DNA of 64,000 nucleotides from Diplonema japonicum. Taxonomy: Eukaryota; Protista; Euglenozoa: Diplonemea. Every line of letters starts with the position of its first letter. The first letter of the stretch is position 1. The notes below the pieces were generated by a model that saw only the letters and a program-made list of their open reading frames with translations, did no database searches and was not told the DNA's origin. The position numbers were made by a program, and so were the translations under genes. Below, one piece after another: positions 32,701 through 40,441 of the stretch. The stretch spans positions 372,001 to 436,000 of the forward strand of contig OZ025650.1 in NCBI GenBank assembly GCA_964019335.1, in the 5' to 3' direction.

Positions 32701-33791
32701 GGGTCCACAGTGTTGTCAGTCATGCAGGTGTAGCCAGGACCGCATCTCATGGTGGTGCACGCAACAGGCTTGGGCTGCACAAGGGGAACACACCTCGCCC
32801 CCTTCACCTTGTCCTCAACACAGGTAGTAGTTGCAATGCAGATCATTGAGGCACAGGTCGCAGGCTTGGGATCAATGAAGATGGTGTCCTTTTGGCAGAT
32901 CGACTCAGAGACAAGGGTCTGGGCACCGGGACGGGGCTTGCACAGAAGGCCTTGGTCACACTTACCCTTTACATCACCGTTGTTCTCACACACCTCACCC
33001 TCCTTCAGGTACTGTGCGGGTTTTGTGGGAGGGCTAGCCATGGGGACACACTCATCCTTCGGAGGGTCCACAGTGTTGTCAGTCATGCAGGTGTAGCCAG
33101 AGCCGCATCTCATGGTGGTGCACGCAACAGGCTTGGGCTTCTCAAGGGGAACACACCTCGCCCCATTCACCTTGTCCTCAACACAGGTAGTGGTTGCAAT
33201 GCAGATCATTGAAGCACAGGTAGGCTTGGAAGGGTCGATGATGATCTGGGGCTTCTGGCAAACAGACTCAGAGACAAGGGTTTGAACACCATCACGGGGT
33301 CTGCACTCAAGGCCTTGGTCACACTTACCCTTCATGTCGCCGTGGTTCTCACACACCTCACCCTCCTTCAGGTACTGTGCGGGTTTTGTGGGAGGGCTTG
33401 CCATGGGGACACACTCATCCTTCGGAGGGTCCACAGTGTTGTCAGTCATGCAGGTGTAGCCAGAGCCGCATCTCATGGTGGTGCACGCAACAGGCTTGGG
33501 CTTCGTAGGGAGAGGGTCCTGGCAACGGGATTCAGAGACAAGGGTCTGGACACCTTCAAGGGGCCTGCACACCATCCCCTTGGGGCACTGCCCAAGCCAA
33601 TCCCCGTTGTGCTCGCAGATGTCGTTGGCTGCCAGCTGCTTGTCGGGCACGCATTGACCCATCGGCGCCGCCCCACTGTAATCATTCACGCAAACGGTCC
33701 CTGCCGCACACCGCATCGTCATGCAAGGCTCCACAACGCCACCTTCGCACAGCGCGGCACAGCAGAGCGCCACAAGCCCAAAAGCTTTCAT
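29763..33791 (-). CDS. Cys-rich repetitive type I membrane protein with pacifastin/VWC-like and FOLN/IGFBP-like modules
   Basis: Signal peptide MKAFGLVALCC; tandem Cys modules; SYMNDCNTCTCMNGRLGCTKMAC; C-terminal TM WLYALLAGVGALCMGSALALTVY. Confidence 0.88.
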   Translation of the reverse strand: MKAFGLVALCCAALCEGGVVEPCMTMRCAAGTVCVNDYSGAAPMGQCVPDKQLAANDICEHNGDWLGQCPKGMVCRPLEGVQTLVSESRCQDPLPTKPKPVACTTMRCGSGYTCMTDNTVDPPKDECVPMASPPTKPAQYLKEGEVCENHGDMKGKCDQGLECRPRDGVQTLVSESVCQKPQIIIDPSKPTCASMICIATTTCVEDKVNGARCVPLEKPKPVACTTMRCGSGYTCMTDNTVDPPKDECVPMASPPTKPAQYLKEGEVCENNGDVKGKCDQGLLCKPRPGAQTLVSESICQKDTIFIDPKPATCASMICIATTTCVEDKVKGARCVPLVQPKPVACTTMRCGPGYTCMTDNTVDPPRDECVPMASPPTKPAQYLKEGEVCENNGDMKGKCDQGLECRPHDGVQTLVSESVCQKPQIIIDPSMPTCASMICIATTTCVEDKVNGARCVPIEKPKPLDCTNSDGKVVAEGSSYMNDCNTCTCMNGRLGCTKMACEKPKYLKEGEVCENNSDMKGKCDQGLECRPRDGVHTLVSESVCQKPQIIIDPSMPTCASMICIATTTCVEDKVKGARCVPLEKPKPVACTTMRCGPGYTCMTDNTVDPPKDECVPMASPPTKPAQYLKEGEVCENNGDMKGKCDQGLECRPRDGIQTLVSESVCQKPQIIIDPSKPTCASMICIATTTCVEDKVNGARCVPIVSAEYLKEGEVCENNGDVKGKCDQGLVCRPRDGVQTLVSESVCQKPQIIIDPTCASVICIATMTCVEDKVKGARCVPLEKPKPLDCTNSDGKVVAEGSSYMNDCNECTCMNGRLGCTEKVCEKPEYLKEGEVCENNGDLKVKCDQGLVCRPRDGVQTLVSESVCQKPQIIIDPPVPTCASVVCIATMTCVEDKVKGARCVAVNVPSLPVERECVEGAKVLKSGETAMRDCNMCLCVDGKMRCEEQECKPLDCRWNMETVAPWTREQKTRCCGEQKVRCPSPAVVDAEKELAKVVAECKKGQRSDEECCAVGVRCLATKFDCDDKTEAPGKKEWCCENENKCEVNCMAGSLLDVKQKAGCCSMKYLWCPAEEETVVMKKQKEEEEEEEEEEKKEGKKSLRLKLKGTTSELMENPKAFLKKFRMSLLRGSEELAKNPSRLVVTAVGSLMVGYTVPEGAQREKWAFKVRASWNAELAVEEKALLEQYKTRTGKALGASAVQTASTAAAGDEGVFGEFFVDEKAAKELEESTEQAANGEGAMRDNTGGYSLVVEPVGVVEAGGKKTTTTTTTDDSSNSGSSSKTWLYALLAGVGALCMGSALALTVYSRKRSTAATADELYNALNEEEVVVHKQAADVELGTI
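31080..33560 (-). repeat. Intragenic tandem array of near-identical Cys modules (~360-bp higher-order unit)
   Basis: Repeated ACTTMRC / YLKEGEVCENNGD / TCASMICIATTTCVEDK blocks. Confidence 0.92.
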
Positions 33792-33906
33792 AGTCTTTTG
33801 TCGTAAATTACTTCTTTTGTGTTGTGTAACTTAACCTTTGTTTCTTTTTGTTTTTCCTTTTTTTTTTGCTCGGAGCGTTTGCTTACTAGATTCTTAGCGG
33901 GGAGAT

Positions 33907-34002
33907 GATGTCAGCGGTGTCCTAAGGGTAATTAAGTTGCCATTTCTCGGGCATCGCACCTTGTGCTCCGACTGGGGCGGCATCATAGTGATTGTCATCA
34001 TC
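33907..34002 (-). ncRNA. U31/snR67-like C/D snoRNA, copy 4
   Basis: Near-identical to 652-749. Confidence 0.9.
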
Positions 34003-34097
34003 TACTTGAAAAATGCAAAACTGCTTTTTTTTCTCTTTTTTTTGAACTGTATTAGTTCTTTGCCTCTTTCAACTATCTATGTAACAGCAACAAACAA

Positions 34098-34193
34098 GAG
34101 TCAGCCTCCTCGACCTATTCTTTGGGTGCTCATATCCCAGGGGTTTCCTGAGATGCACAGAGATTCCTTGTGTAAAAACAATAATCATCATTT
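34098..34193 (-). ncRNA. C/D snoRNA family E variant 2, copy 4
   Basis: Near-identical to 28426-28521. Confidence 0.82.
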
Positions 34194-34247
34194 GTTTGCT
34201 TTCCTTCTCGGGTAGTTTCTTCTTCTTTTCCCACTTTAAAAAACAAT

Positions 34248-34526
34248 TTATGTAGGACCACACCAAGGCACACAAAAGACACATGGAAGGAAGTGAAGGT
34301 GTGCTGGTTAAATGTGGTTCTGAGCTTTGCTGTTGCGTGCGTTGAAAAGGGAGGGCGGGATCTTTTGCTTCTCCCCAACAAAGTGTGTGGAGACCCATCC
34401 CTCCCAAACCTGTCGCCACGCGTTCGGGGGTGCTGGTGGCGGAAGCAAAGTGGTCAACTCATCTTGGAACAGGGAGTATACTGTTGGCAGCATGGGTGAC
34501 CCCGCCACAGAGCTGTTTGTTCCCTC
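34248..34526 (-). ncRNA. ~280-nt multi-hairpin H/ACA RNA candidate, copy 3
   Basis: Near-identical to 28592-28870. Confidence 0.7.
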
Positions 34527-34579
34527 TTGGGGCGGAAACACAAAAAAAAAAAAAAAGCGATGTCAAAAAAGCGAAAAGA

Positions 34580-34675
34580 TATATCAGCGGTGTCCTAAGG
34601 GTAATTAAGTTGCCATTTCTCGGGCATCGCACCTTGTGCTCCGACTGGGGCGGCATCATAGTGATTCTCATCATT
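34580..34675 (-). ncRNA. U31/snR67-like C/D snoRNA, copy 5
   Basis: Near-identical to 652-749. Confidence 0.9.
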
Positions 34676-34741
34676 TAAGTTCAGCAGCAAAAGTCAATGA
34701 AGTCTCCTTCCCCACCCTTTATCAGTACTCAACAAGCACTT

Positions 34742-34813
34742 CAATCTCGCAGAAGCATAATTCACTTCGCAAGTATTTAACGAGAAATGGAAGCGACTCA
34801 ACTGTCCGCTACG
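34742..34813 (-). ncRNA. Probable single-hairpin AGA-box RNA (target unassigned), copy 1
   Basis: cgtag...ctgcg-AGA basal stem with tcgcttc/gaagtga upper stem; repeated at ~36852-36925. Confidence 0.55.
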
Positions 34814-35044
34814 CACAAGACGAGGAACGAGTGTCTCCGACTGAGAGAGCAGTGTGGTTTCTTCTTCTTCTTCTTTATGGATTGGGATGCGCGTCAATAA
34901 TAATAAAGCAGAGCAACAGGTCAAGTCCCACTTAAGGACCACCCTAAAAAGAAGAGAGAGGGCAAGTACTAACTGCGAATACTCGCACCCACCGGTGGTG
35001 GGCTCAAAAAAAAAAGGGGGAGGGGGATGGATTTAACGTTAGGT

Positions 35045-36394
35045 TCAAACATTCCTGGAAAAGGCCCAAGTCAAGCCGGACCAGACATGGCGCACACCGA
35101 AGGGAAGCTTCGAAGGACTGGGGTCACAGCAGAATAAGACTTGGCTGCTGTTCTCTGCGTCGGCCACGGTTATGGAATCGTCAAGGGGGTCCACCTCGAC
35201 AACCTTCAAGGAGGGCTGATCATCCAGAGGGGGGGTCATGTCACCCACTTTGAAGGTGTCGCGGAACGAGTAAAAGTACTTGGTGTCAAGGGGCAAATAG
35301 AGGTCCTTCACAGGGGAATAGTCCTTGTCGTCAACGAGGCGCACGGTGGAGTTGCGGTGCCCTGCCCGATCCAGAAGCAGCCGCCGCAGTGTCCTTGCAT
35401 TGGTACTGCCCAGCACCAAAATACGTTCATCGACTTCAGAGTCCTCCTTCGAGATATCTAAAAAAGAGAACCCATCCAGGAAGTCACGGAGCAAGGTCTC
35501 CTCCGGGCACAGGAACTTCACATTCGCTGTCATCTCCTTGCATAACTCCTTCTCCAGTACCCTCACGTCATCCTTGGTCGCCCCTACAACTGCCACGACC
35601 CTCGCCAGCACCTGCTTCTCCCCGCACACGACTGTGTCGAAGTACTCCCTGTTCAGGTCTGTGAAGTGCACGACGTGCATGTCAACCACCACCCTCGACT
35701 GCGGCCTCCACTCCCCCTCCTTCCCGTTTGAGAACCACACGTCGCCAATTGACGTCTCGCTCGCAATGGTGTCGAACACCCAGCGCTCGTCCTCTTCGCA
35801 TGCGTCCCTTGCCCCCTCCGCCTGCAGACTGGGCGACAGCTTCCTGTTCACGACAGCGAAGTCGGACTGGTGATTTGCGTTGTAAGGGACGGGCGATGCA
35901 CCGCTGTTCACGAGGGACATGAAGTACTCGAACATCTCCTCCACGCCCTTCGGGTCTGTAGAGGACTGCTTCTCGAACAGGATTGGCACCTTGTGCTCTG
36001 TCTCCATTCGCATACCTGCGACCCCCTTGTTGATTTCGCTCTCGGACTCACGGGCCACCTCACCGTAGGCAAGGATGAGGAGGGGGGATTTCAGAGAAAC
36101 AACTTTGTTGAGGATCCAGCTCGCTTGCGATGTTCCTAGTTCAACAACAATAACTGTCGGCACGGGACGCAGGAGCCATTCGCTACCCTCAACATCAACA
36201 CACGCCCTCACCTCCCGACACCCTCCCACATTGTCCAGGATCTTCTTCGCAAGATTCACTCGGCTAGTCGAGTGACCCACCACTTGAACCACGGGTGTTT
36301 CTTCCACAGTCGGTGCTGTTGCTTCCACAGTCGGTGCTGTTTCCTGTTGCCTCGCTTCTTCCACAGTCGGTAGTATAGTTGCGTTCTCCAACAT
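35045..36394 (-). CDS. Uncharacterised 449-aa protein, paralog of 1524-2792, between snoRNA clusters
   Basis: Long ATG ORF; central blocks near-identical to paralog; short N-terminal TAPTVE repeat. Confidence 0.8.
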   Translation of the reverse strand: MLENATILPTVEEARQQETAPTVEATAPTVEETPVVQVVGHSTSRVNLAKKILDNVGGCREVRACVDVEGSEWLLRPVPTVIVVELGTSQASWILNKVVSLKSPLLILAYGEVARESESEINKGVAGMRMETEHKVPILFEKQSSTDPKGVEEMFEYFMSLVNSGASPVPYNANHQSDFAVVNRKLSPSLQAEGARDACEEDERWVFDTIASETSIGDVWFSNGKEGEWRPQSRVVVDMHVVHFTDLNREYFDTVVCGEKQVLARVVAVVGATKDDVRVLEKELCKEMTANVKFLCPEETLLRDFLDGFSFLDISKEDSEVDERILVLGSTNARTLRRLLLDRAGHRNSTVRLVDDKDYSPVKDLYLPLDTKYFYSFRDTFKVGDMTPPLDDQPSLKVVEVDPLDDSITVADAENSSQVLFCCDPSPSKLPFGVRHVWSGLTWAFSRNV

Positions 36395-36679
36395 AGTTTG
36401 GTATTGTCGCTTGCGGTGTTAAGAACCTATGGTGTGATGGTGGAGGCCTCATCTACTAGTCTTGCCATTAAAATGAAACCAACATTGGTTCATTTTATTC
36501 AAACTGGTGATATAAGCATTCTTCCAAGCACTCTTGGACAGGTAATGATGAGCTTGAGGTAGGTAGCGAGGCGCAGTCACAGCTCGAGGCACTGTCCTGA
36601 ACACATCTGAACGTGTCATTTTTCTCTCTCCCTCCCACAAGAGCTCAGTCCTCAGGAAAAAAAGAATGGGCGGGAAAGT

Positions 36680-36775
36680 GATGTCAGCGGTGTCCTAAGG
36701 GTAATTAAGTTGCCATTTCTCGGGCATCGCACCTTGTGCTCCGACTGGGGCGGCATCATAGTGATTGTCATCATT
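36680..36775 (-). ncRNA. U31/snR67-like C/D snoRNA, copy 6
   Basis: Near-identical to 652-749. Confidence 0.9.
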
Positions 36776-36851
36776 TAAGTTCAGCAGCAAATGTCAATGA
36801 AGTTTGGATCCTTCTCCTTCCCCACCCTTTACCCAGTACTCAACAAGCACT

Positions 36852-36925
36852 TCAATCTCGCAGAAGCATAATTCACTTCGCAAGTATTTAACGAGAAATG
36901 GAAGCGACTCAACTGTCCGCTTACG
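36852..36925 (-). ncRNA. Probable single-hairpin AGA-box RNA, copy 2
   Basis: Near-identical to 34742-34813. Confidence 0.5.
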
Positions 36926-36978
36926 TAGTGGTCCTGTATTCATCTGAGCCTGTCTTTTCTCCCTCTTCTTCACCCACA

Positions 36979-37080
36979 AGAGCTCAGTGGTCAGGACAAA
37001 TTGCAGTTACTGTCGTCAGGAACGAGTGTTTCCGACTGAGAGATCAGGTATTTGATAACTTACAGGTTGTCATCACTGCA
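36979..37080 (-). ncRNA. C/D snoRNA family G, copy 2
   Basis: Near-identical to 1048-1151. Confidence 0.83.
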
Positions 37081-37160
37081 AAAAGGGGATAAAGCTGGAA
37101 AAGTTCAGAGATTCGTGTTGACGCCATCTGATCATATAACCAACATAACCCAATCTGGTC

Positions 37161-37228
37161 AGATCTCGGATAGGGACCTATGCAACCGTCACCACAGGGA
37201 GGTGGACGGCCACTCAAACGCCTTCCTT
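37161..37228 (-). ncRNA. snR5-like single-hairpin AGA guide, copy 2
   Basis: Identical to 3741-3808. Confidence 0.85.
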
Positions 37229-37295
37229 CTACTAAAAAAACGAGAGAAAATGTCAGTCTCGACCCGCGTTTGGGTGCACCAACAAAACCCTCCAA

Positions 37296-37381
37296 TGAAT
37301 CAGCTTGGAACCCGAAATACAAGTTTATAACTCACGAAAGTATTCATGTGAAACACGGAACATTGTACTTTCTCATCATTT
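37296..37381 (-). ncRNA. U18/snR39B-like double-guide C/D snoRNA, copy 3
   Basis: Core identical to 415-501. Confidence 0.88.
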
Positions 37382-37416
37382 TATTGAGGCAGTTGTAAGG
37401 CTTTGTATCTTCTGTC

Positions 37417-37484
37417 TGATCTTGGAACAGGGAGTATACTGTTGGCAGCATGGGTGACCCCGCCACAGAGCTGTTTGTTCCCTC
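37417..37484 (-). ncRNA. Stand-alone single-hairpin AGA RNA (same as the 5' hairpin of the ~280-nt RNA)
   Basis: Identity with the long RNA ends just after AGAT; pockets AACAGC and TACTCCC, 14 nt to AGA. Confidence 0.7.
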
Positions 37485-37532
37485 TTGTGTTGCAGGTGGG
37501 GCGGAAACAAAGTGATCAAAAAAGTGAAAAGA

Positions 37533-37628
37533 TGTATCAGCGGTGTCCTAAGGGTAATTAAGTTGCCATTTCTCGGGCATCGCACCTTGTGCTCCGACTG
37601 GGGCGGCATCATAGTGATTGTCATCATT
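37533..37628 (-). ncRNA. U31/snR67-like C/D snoRNA, copy 7
   Basis: Near-identical to 652-749. Confidence 0.9.
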
Positions 37629-38793
37629 CGCAACGGGACAATGTTGCTATTCACCTCTACGTATTCCAAAGCTCACCTCCAAGGGGGTTGATAGAAGCCC
37701 AAATATGCACAGTCATCGTGAAAGCTCGAGGGGCCGTGCTTGGAAAGAATGCAAAAGTGGTCAAATAAATGATGTGAAAGAACAGTCCTTCGTAAAGCAA
37801 ACACGAAATAAGTGATGAAGTACATAAGAAAACCAACCGTATAAAAAAAAAGAGGGGGGGCTAGAAAGGAAATAAGCACACAAAAAAAAGGAGGGGGATC
37901 ACTTCCCCCTTCCTTTTTTGACCCTTTCACGCTGAAGAATTGTTGAGAAAAATAAAGGGAAGAATTCACATAAAATCCAGACTTTTAAAATAAAAATAAA
38001 AGGGGGGAAAGCAAATTAACCATTCGGTATTCTTATTGCTAGTCGTTGTGCCTCCTAAAAGCATTTTGTGTAAGGTGATTAAAAAACTGGCGGTAAGTCC
38101 AGTAAGAAGAAAATAGAAAACACATATAGCCCAGAAGCACGTCCGCCTGGTCCAGCTAGCTAAGCACTTTGCGGGACAGCTGGGGGGGGGGGGGGGGGGG
38201 GGGGGGAACAGCACACGGTAAAATGAAGGCAAAAAGGTACATAAAACCACTCTCTTTTTTTTTAATTTTATTTTTTTTTTTGTTGTAAACATGTAAATGC
38301 AGTGTGAAAGGGGAAAGTAAAAGAAAGAAAGAAAGAAAAAATTGAGCGCACAAACAGCGTAACTCCTTTAATGTGCTGGTGAGCAACAGAACGTATAGAT
38401 TTCCAAAGTGTTTTCCTTCCATCGTTCGTTCTTGGTGTGTATATTGTATTTCGCAAATTAAAAGAGTCCGGCATCCAATGTGCCCAATTAAAAGAAAACG
38501 AGGAAAAAAAAAAAACAACAACAACAAAATAAAAGAACGCATAAAAAAAAAAAACTGGCAAGTGTCGCACGAACGAGAAAAAAAGCGGAGTGCTGCCATT
38601 ACGTCGTTAGGTTCATGTTGCCATTAATATCTGTTGGGCACTCCCTCCTCCCTAGTCATCCCCCCCCCTCCCATGTTCGTTTAGTTCTTGCTAATACCCC
38701 CCCCCCCCCCAACCCACTACGCACTTTAAAAAATAAATTCAGACCATAACAGATAAAAAGAAACTCGGAAGACGTCCCCCATCCCTTTACTAA

Positions 38794-40378
38794 TTACAAA
38801 AGACCCTGCAGGAAATCCCCAGTAGATTTTGCGGTGGTAGTAGAGATGTGGGTAGCAGTGGTGTACTGCCGTCGCTGTTCAGTGGTGGCCGCGGCTGCGG
38901 CAGGAGATGGCGAAGCTTTCTGTTGGAGAGAAGACGAAGAGGGCTTCCGCAGGGACTGCCTTCGAAGAGACGAGTCGAGAGACGGCTTTGATTTTGGAGA
39001 GCTGGCCCTGCTATTGCCCTTAGGAGGGTTCTGTGTGTGGTTGTAGTCGAAGGAAAGAGACAGAGAAGACAGAAGGTCCCCGCACGGGCCTATGTCAACG
39101 TCTCCTTTCGCACGTAGAATATCACCACCTTCCTGCTGTATCATTGTGAGTGCCGCCTGAAGCGATATGTGCGCATAGCCATGCTCACTCTGGAAAAGAC
39201 TATCAGGGGCGAAGCTCGCAATGTACTCACAGTGCGATGCCAAGAACGGAACATCACACACCGCCAGTACATAGGCTAGCACCGGGAGAATGCTGTCTGC
39301 GCTCAGTTCCTTCCGTTTCTCCTCTGGGGCCATCTCCCCTATTTTGTCCATGCATTGCTGTAGTTTATTTTGCATTCTTTTTTTTTAACCCATGAATCCT
39401 CATACCTTAATACATTGCATCTTACCCAACGGTGTGTGCGAATCACACAGCTGCTCCAGCTCGCGTATCGCTGGCCCCATTAACGTCTCAGGCTGAAGGG
39501 GTTCTTCTTTTTGTTCCTTTTTTTGTGCATACCAAGTCTGTGAAGGGCTCCTCCACCATTTCCTTTAAACTTTTGTATTTTTGGATCGCCTTCGCTGCCT
39601 GGTGCAGATCCTGCTCGTTCTTCTTGTTCTCATGTACCCAGTACGGCCATATTTTAGTGTGCAGCTTGTCCATGATGTGGGTTGTGGTTACTGTGTACAG
39701 CACCTCCGAATTCTTCGCAGTGGGAGGGACGACGGAAACGGTGCGGGTTGTCATGATCTCAGAACACCGAACGAAGAGCTGCTGGACTTTGTCAGCGACG
39801 TCGTCACGGCATCCTGGGACAAGCACGTAGCTTCGCAAGAAGGCGTGGCACTCAGCCTCGACGGCCTCTGGTATCTGCAGTTTGTTAATAAGCTTCATAA
39901 CGTCCTGAGTGTTGTTGGGAATTTTTAGCCTGTCAGGGTGGGCTTTATCTGTGCTGATCCCATGCAACTGGTCCGCCCCCGACAGTAAGTGCCTGCTGAC
40001 GTAGAACACCGTATACGGTGTGTTGTTTGCCGTGTAGAAGGTGTCGCGGTGCAGGATCTTCGCTTTGCAGCTGTACTTCCACCCTGCCCCTATTGTGATT
40101 AGGAACTTGTCGTCCCTGTTTTCCACTGCCGCGTCCTTGTTCCCCCAGGTGATGTACTGCCCCTTGAACAGTGGGCTGGGCTTCAGCACGTGATACTCTA
40201 GAAAATTAAAAGTCAGCATTCTCGGAAGACCTTCGTTGGGCGGCAATACGATGCAGCACCTCTGCGAGGTCACCTTTTTGAAAAAGTCAGTAAAGTCCTG
40301 TGTCAGCACATTGTACACCGAGTGGTCCGTTGCATCGTATTCGACATCCTCGTCGTCGGAATCCTCGATGTGCAGCAT
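38794..40378 (-). CDS. VPS9-domain Rab GEF (Varp/ANKRD27 N-terminus-like); exons 40378-39533, 39492-39406, 39357-38794
   Basis: Splicing yields AIRELEQL..TPLGKMQCIKQC..LSADSILPVLAYVL..SEHGY, a typical VPS9 pattern. Confidence 0.85.
39358..39405 (-). other. Spliceosomal intron, 48 nt
   Basis: GTATGA...CTACAG; removes a stop within the VPS9 domain. Confidence 0.85.
39493..39532 (-). other. Spliceosomal intron, 40 nt
   Basis: GTATGC(A-rich)...TTCAG; restores frame. Confidence 0.82.
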
Positions 40379-40441
40379 CTCAGTCCTGCGTGTGTGGTGT
40401 GAGGCAGAAAGAAAAGGTTGTAAACGAACTACAAAAAGTTA

